DNA from: an uncultured Bacteroides sp.
GTDB lineage: Bacteria > Bacteroidota > Bacteroidia > Bacteroidales > GCA-2748055
NCBI GenBank assembly: GCA_964500835.1
Contig: CAZCQL010000003.1
Span: forward strand, 41,534-105,533
Direction of reading: 5' to 3'
DNA: 64,000 nucleotides
The notes beneath the pieces are model-generated. The model ran no database searches and had not been told where the DNA came from. It was given only the letters and a program-made list of their open reading frames with translations. Both the position numbers and the translations under genes were made by a program. Every line of letters starts with the position of its first letter. Within the stretch, counting starts at the first letter, position 1. Shown piece after piece: positions 22,401 to 31,299 of this stretch.

Positions 22401-22582
22401 GGTTGCTGCCCCTTACTCTCCGCGGAGGGACCCTCTGGGCACCTATGGGCTGGACCATCATCGGGGGTTTGTTTGTGTCAACGCTCCTGACACTGCTTCT
22501 TGTCCCCGTGTTCTATAAACTGCTCGAGAGGAAGGTAAAATCTGACCTTACAGGTTCCGGAAAAGTTCGGACTTTACCATGA
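19469..22582 (+). CDS. RND efflux permease (AcrB/CzcA superfamily)
   Basis: 1037 aa with a 12-TM, two-large-loop architecture. Overlaps the adaptor gene by 4 nt. Confidence 0.95.
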   Translation: MRLPGLAIDNGSFTWMVFIFLTIIGIRALVIMPRTENPEVSVPGSTIVVLMPGASPADMEKMVALPVEEALSELDDIVKIVSDARDGFAVVSVEFDFNSDRDEKYNEVSQQMNAIRSTLPGEISQLDMWQWSIADMAMMQLALISETAPYSEMADLAEELSKQIKMLPEIREVSLYGLPGEEIHVNLDFEKMAMVNTTIEHISRAIESNNVNIPGGEIELGPTSLSVKSSGSFQDLDEIRNCVVNSYQGRLIYLRDIAEVKFGYEKQNYITRFGGKMTDDAEGGGHRAIFMGISQKPGLNVIQTSRELLPVIEAFKEELPTGMSMEVIYDQPSTVSKRITGFLNNLLQGILLVGILIFLSLGFRSAAVVVIAIPLSLIIGLGFMDLSGIGLQQISIGGLVVALGMLVDNSIVMVENINRFIQMGHSRKEASILAASEIGWPVITATLTTILAFVPLAAMPYMTGAFIKSLPVTIMITLTVSLLIALTFTPVITSNLFKDHAKEPEKIRGARWILRWIIENPFRISLRWALGRPVPALMIAFIFLLGSLWMFRYVGISFFPKAEQPNLSIQATLPENSNLERTDEIAQYVEGVLDTMPEVKFYATNVGHGNPRIYYNVLPKRFDMKYAEIYVELTSYDPEMFEEVLTRLRKKFDTYPGVLIRVKEFEQGPPFDAPIQVFLNGDDPDVLREISSDVERFIRDQPGAINIDNQLMKANTELLFDINKEKANMWGVPVIEIDRTIRTAVTGIGISKFRDSSGEEYQIVIKMAPGGDFKLGDLDRIYVSSLSGRQIQLKQFVDVKFQQVPSSISRYDLERSAQILADIQTGYSLDEVMHPVEEELSKYSMPPGYSYRIGGELESRAESFGGMTNAVLIAVISIFSVLVLQFRSFKQPLIVFLAIPFAVTGMIWALLATGNTFSFTAFIGLTSLVGIVVNNSIILVDYINKLRERGEALDEALQLAAEIRLTPIVLTALTTIGGLLPLTLRGGTLWAPMGWTIIGGLFVSTLLTLLLVPVFYKLLERKVKSDLTGSGKVRTLP

Positions 22583-22754
22583 AATGGTCATCTGTTCGCT
22601 CTTTGAACATCCCCCTGGCAACACCAACACCCCGAATGTCCTCCCATTTACCGGTGCCTCCGGTAACACTGTAAATCCCAGGACCCTTGTTGTACCACCA
22701 GGTATGGTATAGCCAAGCCGCGTCCCCTTCGGCACCGGCGTCTTCCGGCCACAT
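22548..22754 (-). pseudogene. Possible 3' remnant of an unknown gene
   Basis: The 68-aa ORF (..WLYHTWWYNKGPGIYSVTGGTGKWEDIRGVGVARGMF..) reads like a protein. The frame stays open upstream to ~22880 without another ATG/GTG. It overlaps the RND gene's 3' end. Confidence 0.2.
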
Positions 22755-22802
22755 GATGTCGCCTTGGGTTTTTCCTTCAAGTTTACCTGTTGATCCGCGA
22801 TT

Positions 22803-22842
22803 TGAAATGAGGATTCGCGATCTGAAATGAGGATTCGCGATC
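22803..22842. repeat. Perfect 20-bp tandem duplication (tgaaatgaggattcgcgatc x2) with partial flanking copies
   Basis: Read directly from the sequence. It lies ~80-115 nt upstream of the probable start (22920) of the OmpA-family gene. Each unit contains a TCGCGA palindrome. Confidence 0.9.
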
Positions 22843-22919
22843 TGAAGAAACCTACCCGTTCTGGTTGGCTGTGGATAACTGTTTTATCTACCAATCAAGA
22901 TATCCTATATATTTATCGA

Positions 22920-25202
22920 ATGATGAGAATCATGAGATTATTTATTTTCGTGTTCATTGCGGGTACAATTTCGGTAAATGGGCAGTATACCAAAGAGTTC
23001 AAGCGTATATTTTTCGATGCTGACTACCTGTATGAGACTCAGTTTTATGAGGAGGCTTTCAACCGGTACAAGAACCTCCTGACCCTTGATCCTGGCAACA
23101 GCAATATCCTTTTTTTATGTGGAGCATGTTGTTTAAGTATACCCGGCAGTGAGGATCTGGCAATTACCTATCTGAAAGAGGCTGTGGCAGGGGTGAGCAG
23201 GGATTATAAGGAGCATTCGCACAAGGAGGCGAGTGCCCCGATCTTTGCATACTTTATGCTTGGCCAATCCTATCACCTTAATTATGAATTTGATAAAGCT
23301 ATTGAAAACTATCAGAAATACCTTGAGCTTGGTGCCAGCCAGGATCCTCTTCAATTAGAATTCACTACGCTGCAAATCAATGCCTGTAAAAGAGGCGCTG
23401 CACTTGCTTTAAACAGACCTTCCTTCGAATTCTACAGTGTGCTGGACCATTTTGATGACGACCTGCCGTCGTGCAACAATCCGGTCATTTCAGGCGACGG
23501 GAATATCCTGATCTTTCTGGTTGATTACCCGGCCGATAAAAAGATCATGATGACCACCCGCAAAGATAGTGTTTGGTCAAGGCCCAGGGTAATCAATAGT
23601 GAAATTGGAATGGTGGGGGAGACCTACCCGGTATCCCTTTCATACGATGGGAAAGATCTTTATATGGTGCATCAGTTTTACTCCCACTCGGATATTTTCG
23701 TATCGAAATTCGAAGGTGGGCGATGGTCTGAAGCTAAATCATTGGGGCACAACATTAACAAGAGAACATCTGAAAACCATGCCAGTATATCAAAAGACGG
23801 CAAAACCCTCTATTTTACCAGTGATGTCCGTGGTGGTATGGGAAGTTTCGATATCTATGTCTCCAAACTTGGTGAGAAAGGAGAATGGGGCCTCCCCTCC
23901 AACCTGGGCCCTGTCATCAACACCCCTTACGAAGAACATACCCCGTTTATATCAAGCAACGATTCGATCCTCTTTTTTAGCTCTCAGGGACATGCCACCA
24001 TTGGTGGGTCCGATGTGTTCTATAGCGAATTAAAGAGCGATGGATCATGGGGAGAGCCGGTTAGCCTGGGATATCCGGTAAACACCACCGGGGAGGATCT
24101 CTTTTTCAATCCCGGCTGGGATGAGTTAGACGCCTACTATGCTGTTAGGAAGGCGGATGATCCCACTTCAAATGCCATCAACATGGTCCTGGAACTGGAA
24201 CCGGAGGAGCAACAGGCGGTCACAGCGCAGGAAGCTGGCAAGGATGTGGAGGTGGAAGAGGTGGAAGATGTGGAAGAGGTGGAAGAGGTGGATCATGTGG
24301 AAGCGGTTGAAGCGGTTTCTGTACCTCAGCTATCAGATATCCCGGTTGTACCTGCGGCTGAACCAGAACCGGAGACCCTGATTGCTGAAGAGGAGCAGAT
24401 TGCAACAATCACCGAGGTTATTGAGCCTGAGGAGACCGATCGGATTGAAGAAGTTCTGAATAGAAACAGGCAGGCAGAAATTAGAGCCCCGGAACCAGTT
24501 CCGGTTGAAGCTGGCAGGCGGACCTCTGAATTGAATACCAGCATCCCCTTTGAACACAACGAATATGAGCTTAGCATGGCTGCCATGCTTGAAGTGGAGA
24601 AGATCGCGGAATTGTTGGTTTTAAATCCTGACAGCAGGATTGAGCTAACCGGTCATGCCGATGCAACTGGATCAGCGGAATACAATATGGTCCTGTCCAT
24701 GCAACGGGCAGACCAGATTGCAGATTACCTGGAGATGAGAGGGATTATGAGGAACAGGATGTCCATTGATGGCAAGGGGGAGTCGGCTCCCATCGCAAGG
24801 AACAGCTATCCGGATGGCGAAGATGCTCCCCTTGGAAGATATCTGAACCGGCAAGTGTATGTGAAGATCAAGGGAGAAAACTTGCTGCCTGCAGGGCTTG
24901 CCGGGTTATATGTCCCCAGCAGCCTGAAACCCGGTCTGATTTCCGTAGAAGGATCCAACCACAGCCCCGTCTACTGGTTTACCATTCAACTATTGGCAAG
25001 CTATCATAAAAGTGATCTCTCTCATTTTCAGAATTTTACTGATATAAGGGAGTACAATTGCACCGATAAATTATACAGGTATACCCAGGGAATGTACAGG
25101 TCTTTCCAGGAGGCCAGGGACCAGTTGAAGAGGGTACATAAAATGGGTTTTGAGGATGCCTATATTCAGACTCTTGACTGGTATGAGAGGGTCTGCGAAT
25201 AA
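22920..25202 (+). CDS. TPR / TolB-like (PD40) / acidic linker / OmpA / SPOR-like multidomain envelope protein
   Basis: The start is chosen at MMRIMRLFIFVFIAGTISVNG (signal peptide), although the ORF is open from 22827. It has TPR-like helices and repeated PD40-like units (SKDGKTLYFTSD, SNDSILFFSS). The OmpA_C motif is ELTGHADATGSAEYNMVLSMQRA. The C-terminal YWFTIQLLAS...GFEDAYIQ is SPOR-like. Confidence 0.85.
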   Translation: MMRIMRLFIFVFIAGTISVNGQYTKEFKRIFFDADYLYETQFYEEAFNRYKNLLTLDPGNSNILFLCGACCLSIPGSEDLAITYLKEAVAGVSRDYKEHSHKEASAPIFAYFMLGQSYHLNYEFDKAIENYQKYLELGASQDPLQLEFTTLQINACKRGAALALNRPSFEFYSVLDHFDDDLPSCNNPVISGDGNILIFLVDYPADKKIMMTTRKDSVWSRPRVINSEIGMVGETYPVSLSYDGKDLYMVHQFYSHSDIFVSKFEGGRWSEAKSLGHNINKRTSENHASISKDGKTLYFTSDVRGGMGSFDIYVSKLGEKGEWGLPSNLGPVINTPYEEHTPFISSNDSILFFSSQGHATIGGSDVFYSELKSDGSWGEPVSLGYPVNTTGEDLFFNPGWDELDAYYAVRKADDPTSNAINMVLELEPEEQQAVTAQEAGKDVEVEEVEDVEEVEEVDHVEAVEAVSVPQLSDIPVVPAAEPEPETLIAEEEQIATITEVIEPEETDRIEEVLNRNRQAEIRAPEPVPVEAGRRTSELNTSIPFEHNEYELSMAAMLEVEKIAELLVLNPDSRIELTGHADATGSAEYNMVLSMQRADQIADYLEMRGIMRNRMSIDGKGESAPIARNSYPDGEDAPLGRYLNRQVYVKIKGENLLPAGLAGLYVPSSLKPGLISVEGSNHSPVYWFTIQLLASYHKSDLSHFQNFTDIREYNCTDKLYRYTQGMYRSFQEARDQLKRVHKMGFEDAYIQTLDWYERVCE
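24246..24314 (+). repeat. 9-bp coding microrepeat (gtggaagag-type, about 7 units) encoding a VEEVEDVEEVEEV acidic linker
   Basis: Read directly: gtggag gtggaagag gtggaagat gtggaagag gtggaagag gtggatcat gtggaagcg gttgaagcg. Confidence 0.9.
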
Positions 25203-25313
25203 TCCCCAAATCCCATATCAGGCATCACATGAATACCATCTCAGGCATAAATTTCTCCTGTTAATTTTGTTAATTATTACTATTTAGATACATTATAAAT
25301 AGTAAATTTACAC

Positions 25314-25321
25314 TACATTTG
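25314..25321 (+). promoter_or_regulatory. Bacteroidota-type -7 box candidate (TACATTTG)
   Basis: Matches TAnnTTTG, 43 nt upstream of the ATG at 25364. It abuts the terminator hairpin, so the assignment is uncertain. Confidence 0.25.
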
Positions 25322-25350
25322 CCCGCCGAAAATAATTGGCGGGCATTTTA
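25320..25350 (+). terminator. Rho-independent terminator after the OmpA-family gene
   Basis: tgcccgcc-gaaaataatt-ggcgggca is followed by tttt. Confidence 0.6.
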
Positions 25351-25363
25351 ACATAATATAGCT

Positions 25364-27811
25364 ATGAAAAAGTATGTATTGATATTCTCGATAATCTCCC
25401 TCTTCCTGGTACATGTGAAAGCTGACGATGACAATCCACCCAGTGGAGTCGGATGGGTATCCGGTAATGTGATTGATGCGCTATCGAATGAACCAATGCC
25501 CTACGTGAACGTGGTAGTAAGAAACAGCAGCGACTCCATCCTCACCGGAGGGATCACCGATCACAAGGGGAATTTCGAAATCAAAGCCATACCGGAAGGA
25601 AATAATACAATCGAAATACAGTTTATAGGGTATGAAAAGATCACAAGGGACATCGATATTTCCCGGGCCAAATCAAGGCATCACCTGAGCACCATTTCTC
25701 TTAATGAGAGTTCCCAGCAACTTGACGAGGTGGTGGTCAGGGCTGAATTATCAAGCGTGACACAGAAAATTGACCGCAAAGTGATCAACGTGGGTAAAGA
25801 CCTTACGGCCACCGGAACCACTGCTTCCGAAATGCTGAACAATGTGCAATCGATCAGCGTGGACAGTCAGACAGGGGCTATCAGCCTGAGAGGCAATGAA
25901 AATGTAAAAATTCTGGTGGACGGCCGGCCCACCAACATCAGTGCAGCCCAATTACTGAAACAGATCCCTTCCTCCTCCATTAAAAGTGTGGAACTAATAA
26001 CCAATCCTTCCGCGAAATACAGTCCGGAAGGCATGAGTGGGATGATCAATATTGTCCTGTACAAGAATGCCACCCTGGGCCTGAATGGTTCATTAAACGG
26101 AGGGATCCAGTACAGCAGGAATCTCAAGTACAACGGTGCATTGGATATCAATTACCGAAAAGGCAAGTTGAATGTGTATGGGAATTATGGTGCAAACAGT
26201 GGTACTTCCAACAACTTTGGAGAAATCACCCGGTTGGACAATGCTTCCTATTCAAAATTCAACAGGGATGATTCCAACGCCTCCCACCTTGTAAAATTAG
26301 GAGCTGATCTTTACATCAACGATGCGAATACGTTCTCAATTTATACGACCCAGAATCTTTATAACGGGGAGACCAATGCAACTACACTTATCTACTTTGA
26401 AGATGTCTTAAATAGTGACAATCCCTATGTGCAGATGAAAGACAATTATTCAAGCACGTACAACGCCTATTTCAGTCACGGATTTAAGAAAGAGGGACAT
26501 CTTATCGAACTGGAAGCCTCCTATTCGCCATCGGATCAACAGGAAGACGCCAGGTATGATCAGTTGATGGACCCGGCTGACCTGACTTTGAATTACTCCG
26601 ATGATATACGTAACAATGTGAACAGCACATTAATCAACCTGGATTATACCAACCCCATCAGTGAAGACACAAAAATTGAACTTGGCCTGGAAGCCCGGAT
26701 GAGGGATGCCAATAATAATCAAATCACTGATCAGCACCAGTTTGTGTATGATGAAAACTTTCTGCGTTTACCCGATGGAAATGGTTGGTTTGAAACCCTC
26801 CCTCTGGGAAATTCATCCTTCATGTACGACAGGCGAATTTATTCTGCCTATGCCAACTATAATCAGAAAATCAATAAATTCATGTTACAGCTCGGCGTAC
26901 GGGCAGAACAATATGATGTAGAGGCAGATTTTAGCCAGGGAGATGAAACGGGGAAGTATAACGACAATATTCTCTCCTTGTATCCATCTGCTTTCTTTAC
27001 CTATTCAGCCAGTGACAAAGATCAATTTCAGCTGAGCTACAGCCGCCGGGTCGACAGACCCGGCATCGAACAGGTAAATCCCATCAGAACCTGGAGTACT
27101 CCTCTTTTAACCCGGGTTGGTAATCCGGAACTTCGTCCCCAGTTCACCAATTCCTATGAGCTGAACTATACCAGGCGGGTCAAGAAGGGATCCCTGTCAT
27201 TCGGAACCTTTTACCGGGTGATTAATGACAACATTACATTTTATGCTGATATAGATGAATTTGATGAGAATAAAGTGGTGCTAACAAATGTTAATTCGGA
27301 AAGCCAGGACAGGTTTGGAGTGGAGTTTTCCGGGATGTACAGGTTCACAGGGTGGTGGAGCACCAATGCCAGCTTTGATCTCTATTCCCAGACGGTCACC
27401 GGGTATTCCTTCGGAAAGTATGTGGAAGTAGATTCCCGTGCCACAAATTTTCGTGTGAACAATACCTTTAAGGCCACTGAGAGATTAAGTTTCCAGCTAT
27501 TCGGAATGTACAGGGGTCGCAGCGAGAGCATTCAGTGGTCGCGTCTCCCCATGTGGATGGTTAATTCAGGAGCCAGTATCAAGGTCCTGCGGGCGAAAGG
27601 AACAATCAACCTGAGGATTAACGATATATTCGGAGCAATGAGGTTTGCCTTTGAATCCAATGCCAACATTTTCCCAACTCATGGAAATTTCAACTGGGAA
27701 AGCCGTTCTGCCTATGTGGGTTTTATGTATAATTTCGGCAGGGGAGATTTCAAAGCCAAGAAAAGAAGGACGCGCGACAACAATGAATTCCAGGGAAGCG
27801 GTGGATTCTAA
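25364..27811 (+). CDS. TonB-dependent-receptor-like outer-membrane beta-barrel with CarbopepD_reg domain
   Basis: 815 aa with a signal peptide. VSGNVIDALSNEPMPYVNVVV is a carboxypeptidase-regulatory-like domain. A plug-like segment (ISLRGNENVKILVDGRP) is followed by a long beta-strand-rich C-terminus. Confidence 0.88.
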   Translation: MKKYVLIFSIISLFLVHVKADDDNPPSGVGWVSGNVIDALSNEPMPYVNVVVRNSSDSILTGGITDHKGNFEIKAIPEGNNTIEIQFIGYEKITRDIDISRAKSRHHLSTISLNESSQQLDEVVVRAELSSVTQKIDRKVINVGKDLTATGTTASEMLNNVQSISVDSQTGAISLRGNENVKILVDGRPTNISAAQLLKQIPSSSIKSVELITNPSAKYSPEGMSGMINIVLYKNATLGLNGSLNGGIQYSRNLKYNGALDINYRKGKLNVYGNYGANSGTSNNFGEITRLDNASYSKFNRDDSNASHLVKLGADLYINDANTFSIYTTQNLYNGETNATTLIYFEDVLNSDNPYVQMKDNYSSTYNAYFSHGFKKEGHLIELEASYSPSDQQEDARYDQLMDPADLTLNYSDDIRNNVNSTLINLDYTNPISEDTKIELGLEARMRDANNNQITDQHQFVYDENFLRLPDGNGWFETLPLGNSSFMYDRRIYSAYANYNQKINKFMLQLGVRAEQYDVEADFSQGDETGKYNDNILSLYPSAFFTYSASDKDQFQLSYSRRVDRPGIEQVNPIRTWSTPLLTRVGNPELRPQFTNSYELNYTRRVKKGSLSFGTFYRVINDNITFYADIDEFDENKVVLTNVNSESQDRFGVEFSGMYRFTGWWSTNASFDLYSQTVTGYSFGKYVEVDSRATNFRVNNTFKATERLSFQLFGMYRGRSESIQWSRLPMWMVNSGASIKVLRAKGTINLRINDIFGAMRFAFESNANIFPTHGNFNWESRSAYVGFMYNFGRGDFKAKKRRTRDNNEFQGSGGF

Positions 27812-27855
27812 AGCCTAAGGCACCATTAATTTGTCTATTCCATCCGGGCTTACCT

Positions 27856-28002
27856 CTACATGTGCCATTTTTCTGTCACACCGGTACCCGGCGAATCCAT
27901 CCTGAATTTCCAATCTCCTTCAGGAGAATACGTATCGGTGGTTTCCCGGGTTATAATATGACAACCGGTTAACAGCAGCCAGAGGAACAATAACTTTTTC
28001 AT
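27856..28002 (-). CDS. 48-aa putative lipoprotein (possibly the stump of a glycoside hydrolase)
   Basis: Too short for the ORF track. Reads MKKLLFLWLLLTGC (lipobox) then HIITRETTDTYSPEGDWKFRMDSPGTGVTEKWHM. The DWKF..EKW segment resembles the start of GH2-type sugar-binding domains. Confidence 0.3.
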   Translation of the reverse strand: MKKLLFLWLLLTGCHIITRETTDTYSPEGDWKFRMDSPGTGVTEKWHM

Positions 28003-28073
28003 ATTGGGGGGGGATTTTCTATTAAAAGTATTGAAAAATAAGTAGATTCAACGGCGCATTTGGATTAGTATCG

Positions 28074-29453
28074 ATGAAGCTAAACCTGAGATATGTTCTG
28101 GGAATATCATTAATATCCGCTCTTGGTGGATTTCTGTTTGGCTATGACTGGGTTGTGATCGGAGGTGCAAAGCCTTTCTACGAACGCTTTTTTGAAATCG
28201 TTCAATTTCCGGGACTTCAGGGATTGGCCATGAGCTCGGCCCTTATCGGATGCATTGGGGGTGCTGGTATATCGGGATGGATCGGAGAGAAATTTGGCAG
28301 GAAGGGCAGCCTTATGACAGCTGCGCTTCTTTTTATCCTGAGTTCGCTGGGGACAGGAGCCATGGATACTTATTTATGGTTCATCACCTTCCGGGTAGCA
28401 GGCGGAATAGGCATTGGAATTGCTTCTGCCATATCGCCTGTCTATATCGCTGAAGTTTCGCCCGCTAAATACAGGGGCAGATTTGTGGTATTAAACCAGC
28501 TGAATATTGTTATTGGGATTCTCGCTGCCCAGATCATTAATTACCTTATTGCTCAACAAGTTCCGGAAGGAGCGTCCGATCAATTTATCCAGAGTTCCTG
28601 GAACGGTCAAATGGGATGGAGGTGGATGTTCTGGGCTGAAGCTATACCTGCGATTCTTTTTTTGATCCTGTTGTTTTTCATTCCTGAGAGTCCGAGGTGG
28701 CTGGCCAGAGTTTCACGGTGGGAAAAGGCCGAATGGGTACTTCAAATGATTGGCGGTGATGAATATGCGAGAGGAGCCAGAAAAGAGATCGCCGAATCTT
28801 TTTCGGAGGGCATCAAAAAAACACCGCTAAAAAGTCTTTTTTCAGGGAATATAAAGCCAATTCTCTTAATAGGCCTTGTGCTGGCAGTATTCCAGCAGTG
28901 GTGTGGCATCAATGTGGTGTTTAATTATGCGGAAGAGGTTTTCTCCGCTGCCGGTTATGAGATTTCCGATATCCTTCTGAATATAGTAGTCACCGGGGTG
29001 GTTAACCTGGTTTTTTGTTTTCTGGCAATTCGTACCGTTGATCGCTGGGGAAGGAGAAAATTAATGCTGACCGGTTCCATCGGACTTACCATACTGTATG
29101 TGATCCTGGGCATCGGTTATTTTTTAGACATTGAAGGTGCTGCAATCCTTGTACTAATTATCTTATGTATTGCCGTCTACTCCATGACCCTGGGTCCTAT
29201 TACATGGGTGATACTTTCAGAAATATTTCCAAACAGGATCAGGGGCATTGCCATGGCCACTGCTACCACTACCTTATGGATCGCCAGTTCTATCTTAGTC
29301 ATCACGTTCCCATATTTCAACAAGGGATTGAATACGTATGGTACCTTTTGGCTGTACTCAGGAATTTGTTTGGCAGGGTTCATTTTCATATACAGGCGAT
29401 TACCCGAGACAAAAGGGAAAACGCTTGAAGAAATTGAAAAATCGATCACTTGA
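28074..29453 (+). CDS. MFS sugar porter (XylE-like sugar:H+ symporter)
   Basis: 459 aa. Carries GFLFGYDWVVIGGA, GEKFGRKG, PESPRWL, VDRWGRRK and PETKGKTLEEIE. Confidence 0.9.
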   Translation: MKLNLRYVLGISLISALGGFLFGYDWVVIGGAKPFYERFFEIVQFPGLQGLAMSSALIGCIGGAGISGWIGEKFGRKGSLMTAALLFILSSLGTGAMDTYLWFITFRVAGGIGIGIASAISPVYIAEVSPAKYRGRFVVLNQLNIVIGILAAQIINYLIAQQVPEGASDQFIQSSWNGQMGWRWMFWAEAIPAILFLILLFFIPESPRWLARVSRWEKAEWVLQMIGGDEYARGARKEIAESFSEGIKKTPLKSLFSGNIKPILLIGLVLAVFQQWCGINVVFNYAEEVFSAAGYEISDILLNIVVTGVVNLVFCFLAIRTVDRWGRRKLMLTGSIGLTILYVILGIGYFLDIEGAAILVLIILCIAVYSMTLGPITWVILSEIFPNRIRGIAMATATTTLWIASSILVITFPYFNKGLNTYGTFWLYSGICLAGFIFIYRRLPETKGKTLEEIEKSIT

Positions 29454-29554
29454 AGAAAATTGCTTTTCATCATGTGATAAAAAAGAATCGCTGATCAGTT
29501 ACTCAGAAATTATATCCTATAACTCAAAAGAATATCTTCACATAAAAATTGATT

Positions 29555-30262
29555 ATGAAAAAACATGCATTCGGAACACAGTTATTTATTTTACTCATGT
29601 TGCTGGTAAATTTGAATTCCTCGGGTCAGGAAGGAAAATGGCTCAATTTGTTTGACGGAGAAACTTTAGACGGTTGGTCGGTTCACAGCGGATTTGCCAG
29701 GTATCGGGTAGAGGAAGGATCCATCGTGGGAACTTCAGTGAAAAACAGTCCCAATACATTCCTGTGCACGGACCGAAAATTTGGCGATTTTGTGCTCGAG
29801 TTTGAGGTCTTCCTGGTCAGCCCCAAGCTGAATTCAGGGGTGCAATTCCGCAGCATGATTGCAGATAAGGAGATGGTCTTCTGGTTTAGAAATGAGGAGG
29901 GGAAGCCGCAGCAACGTACGATACCGGCCGATAGGGTATATGGATACCAGGTGGAGATAGCCGGAGAATCCGTTGGATCTTCAGGGGGTGTCTATGATGA
30001 GGCAAGACGTGCAATGATAACTTCCTGGTGGCTGAAGAAAGGTTCAGAAGCCAGTAAAGCTTTTAAGGATAATCAGTGGAACCAGTACAGGATCGAATGC
30101 AAAGGAAGTTCCATAAAAACAGAAATTAACGGGATCGTTTGCAATGACTTCAAGGATTCGCTGAATGAATCCGGGATTATCGGATTGCAGGTTCACAATG
30201 TGGGCGACGATTCAACGCCCTATGAGGTTCGGTGGAGAAATATCAGAATACTTCCATTGTAG
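29555..30262 (+). CDS. DUF1080 (3-keto-disaccharide hydrolase-like) secreted protein
   Basis: Starts at the ATG giving MKKHAFGTQLFILLMLL (signal peptide). Carries LDGWSVHSG, GVQFRS, GYQVEI and the terminal VRWRNIRI. Confidence 0.85.
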   Translation: MKKHAFGTQLFILLMLLVNLNSSGQEGKWLNLFDGETLDGWSVHSGFARYRVEEGSIVGTSVKNSPNTFLCTDRKFGDFVLEFEVFLVSPKLNSGVQFRSMIADKEMVFWFRNEEGKPQQRTIPADRVYGYQVEIAGESVGSSGGVYDEARRAMITSWWLKKGSEASKAFKDNQWNQYRIECKGSSIKTEINGIVCNDFKDSLNESGIIGLQVHNVGDDSTPYEVRWRNIRILPL

Positions 30263-30265
30263 GCA

Positions 30266-31153
30266 TTACCCTAACTTTTCTTTAAAAAATTCAATGGTCC
30301 TTTTCCAGGCCAGTTCTGCTGCTTCTTTATCGTACCGGGGAGTTGAGTCATTGTGAAAGCCATGATTGACATCGGGATAAATGTAAGCCTGGTATTCCTT
30401 ATTATTCTTTTTCAAAGCAGCTTCGTATGCCGGCCATCCTGCATTCACCCTGCTGTCCAAACCGGCATATTGCAAGAGGAGAGAGGCTTTTATCTGAGGT
30501 ACATCTTCGGCATCCGGCTGGCCACCGTAAAATGGAACCGCTGCCAGCAAACCCGAAATTCTAACGGCCATCATGTTTGTAATCCAGCCTCCAAAACAAA
30601 ATCCAACAGCGCCTATTTTCCCGTTACACTCAGGATGACCTTTCAGGTAATCGTATGCGGCAATAAAGTCTTCCAGCATTTCATCCCTGTCACGCTGCCG
30701 CTGTAGTGTTCGCCCTTCATCGTCAGTGCCAGGATAGCCACCTAAAGGCGTAAGAGCATCAGGGGCTATGGAAATGAAGCCTGCCAGTGCTGCCCGTCGT
30801 CCCACATCTTCTATATGTGGATTGAGTCCGCGGTTCTCATGAACAACAACGATCCCCGGTAATCTGGCATCAGCATCAACAGGCCTTGAGAGCAATCCGC
30901 GAATTTTCCCTCCGCCTTTGGACGAATTATATTCTATGAATTCTGAATGTAGCCTGGGATCATCCGGCTGAACATGGAGGGTGTCCCGGTAGTTAGGAAG
31001 CATAAAACTTAAGAGAGACGAAACAGTAAGTCCGCCCACGGCATAAGCAGATAATTTCTCCAGGAACCTCTTCCTGTCAATTTTACTGTGCGCATACTCG
31101 TCATACAAATCATACATTTCCTGATTTATATCTGCCTCTGTAATTTTTCTCAT
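30266..31153 (-). CDS. Dienelactone hydrolase-family protein with TAT-like N-terminus
   Basis: 295 aa. [16 protein letters not shown] is TAT-like. Also carries [11 protein letters not shown] and GAVGFCFGG (nucleophile elbow). Confidence 0.85.
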   Translation of the reverse strand: MRKITEADINQEMYDLYDEYAHSKIDRKRFLEKLSAYAVGGLTVSSLLSFMLPNYRDTLHVQPDDPRLHSEFIEYNSSKGGGKIRGLLSRPVDADARLPGIVVVHENRGLNPHIEDVGRRAALAGFISIAPDALTPLGGYPGTDDEGRTLQRQRDRDEMLEDFIAAYDYLKGHPECNGKIGAVGFCFGGWITNMMAVRISGLLAAVPFYGGQPDAEDVPQIKASLLLQYAGLDSRVNAGWPAYEAALKKNNKEYQAYIYPDVNHGFHNDSTPRYDKEAAELAWKRTIEFFKEKLG

Positions 31154-31181
31154 GATGCTTGTGTCTTTGGCCTGTAAATCA

Positions 31182-31189
31182 CAAAGTTA
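31182..31189 (-). promoter_or_regulatory. -7 box candidate (TAACTTTG on the minus strand) for the dienelactone hydrolase gene
   Basis: The plus strand reads CAAAGTTA, 29-36 nt upstream of the ATG at 31153. A TTG lies ~15-17 nt further upstream. Confidence 0.4.
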
Positions 31190-31299
31190 AGTCACTTTCT
31201 AAACAATTTCCATTTTCTCCTGTCTTTAACATATCATTTAACAATCCTGGACAGAATTAGTTTTTTAATATAGCGTTAACTTTACAGAATTTCTTATCC

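Noticed and set aside
22574-22894. 106-aa minus-strand track ORF spanning the 20-bp duplication.
   Set aside because: The translation looks like non-coding composition. It overlaps a more protein-like frame (22548-22754) and the upstream region of the OmpA-family gene.
24139-24586. Several alternative-frame or antisense ORFs rich in W/K/R or P/L in the OmpA-family gene.
   Set aside because: They are generated by the GAAGAGGTG-type acidic microrepeat read in other frames. The sense frame is continuous with the flanking PD40 and OmpA domains.
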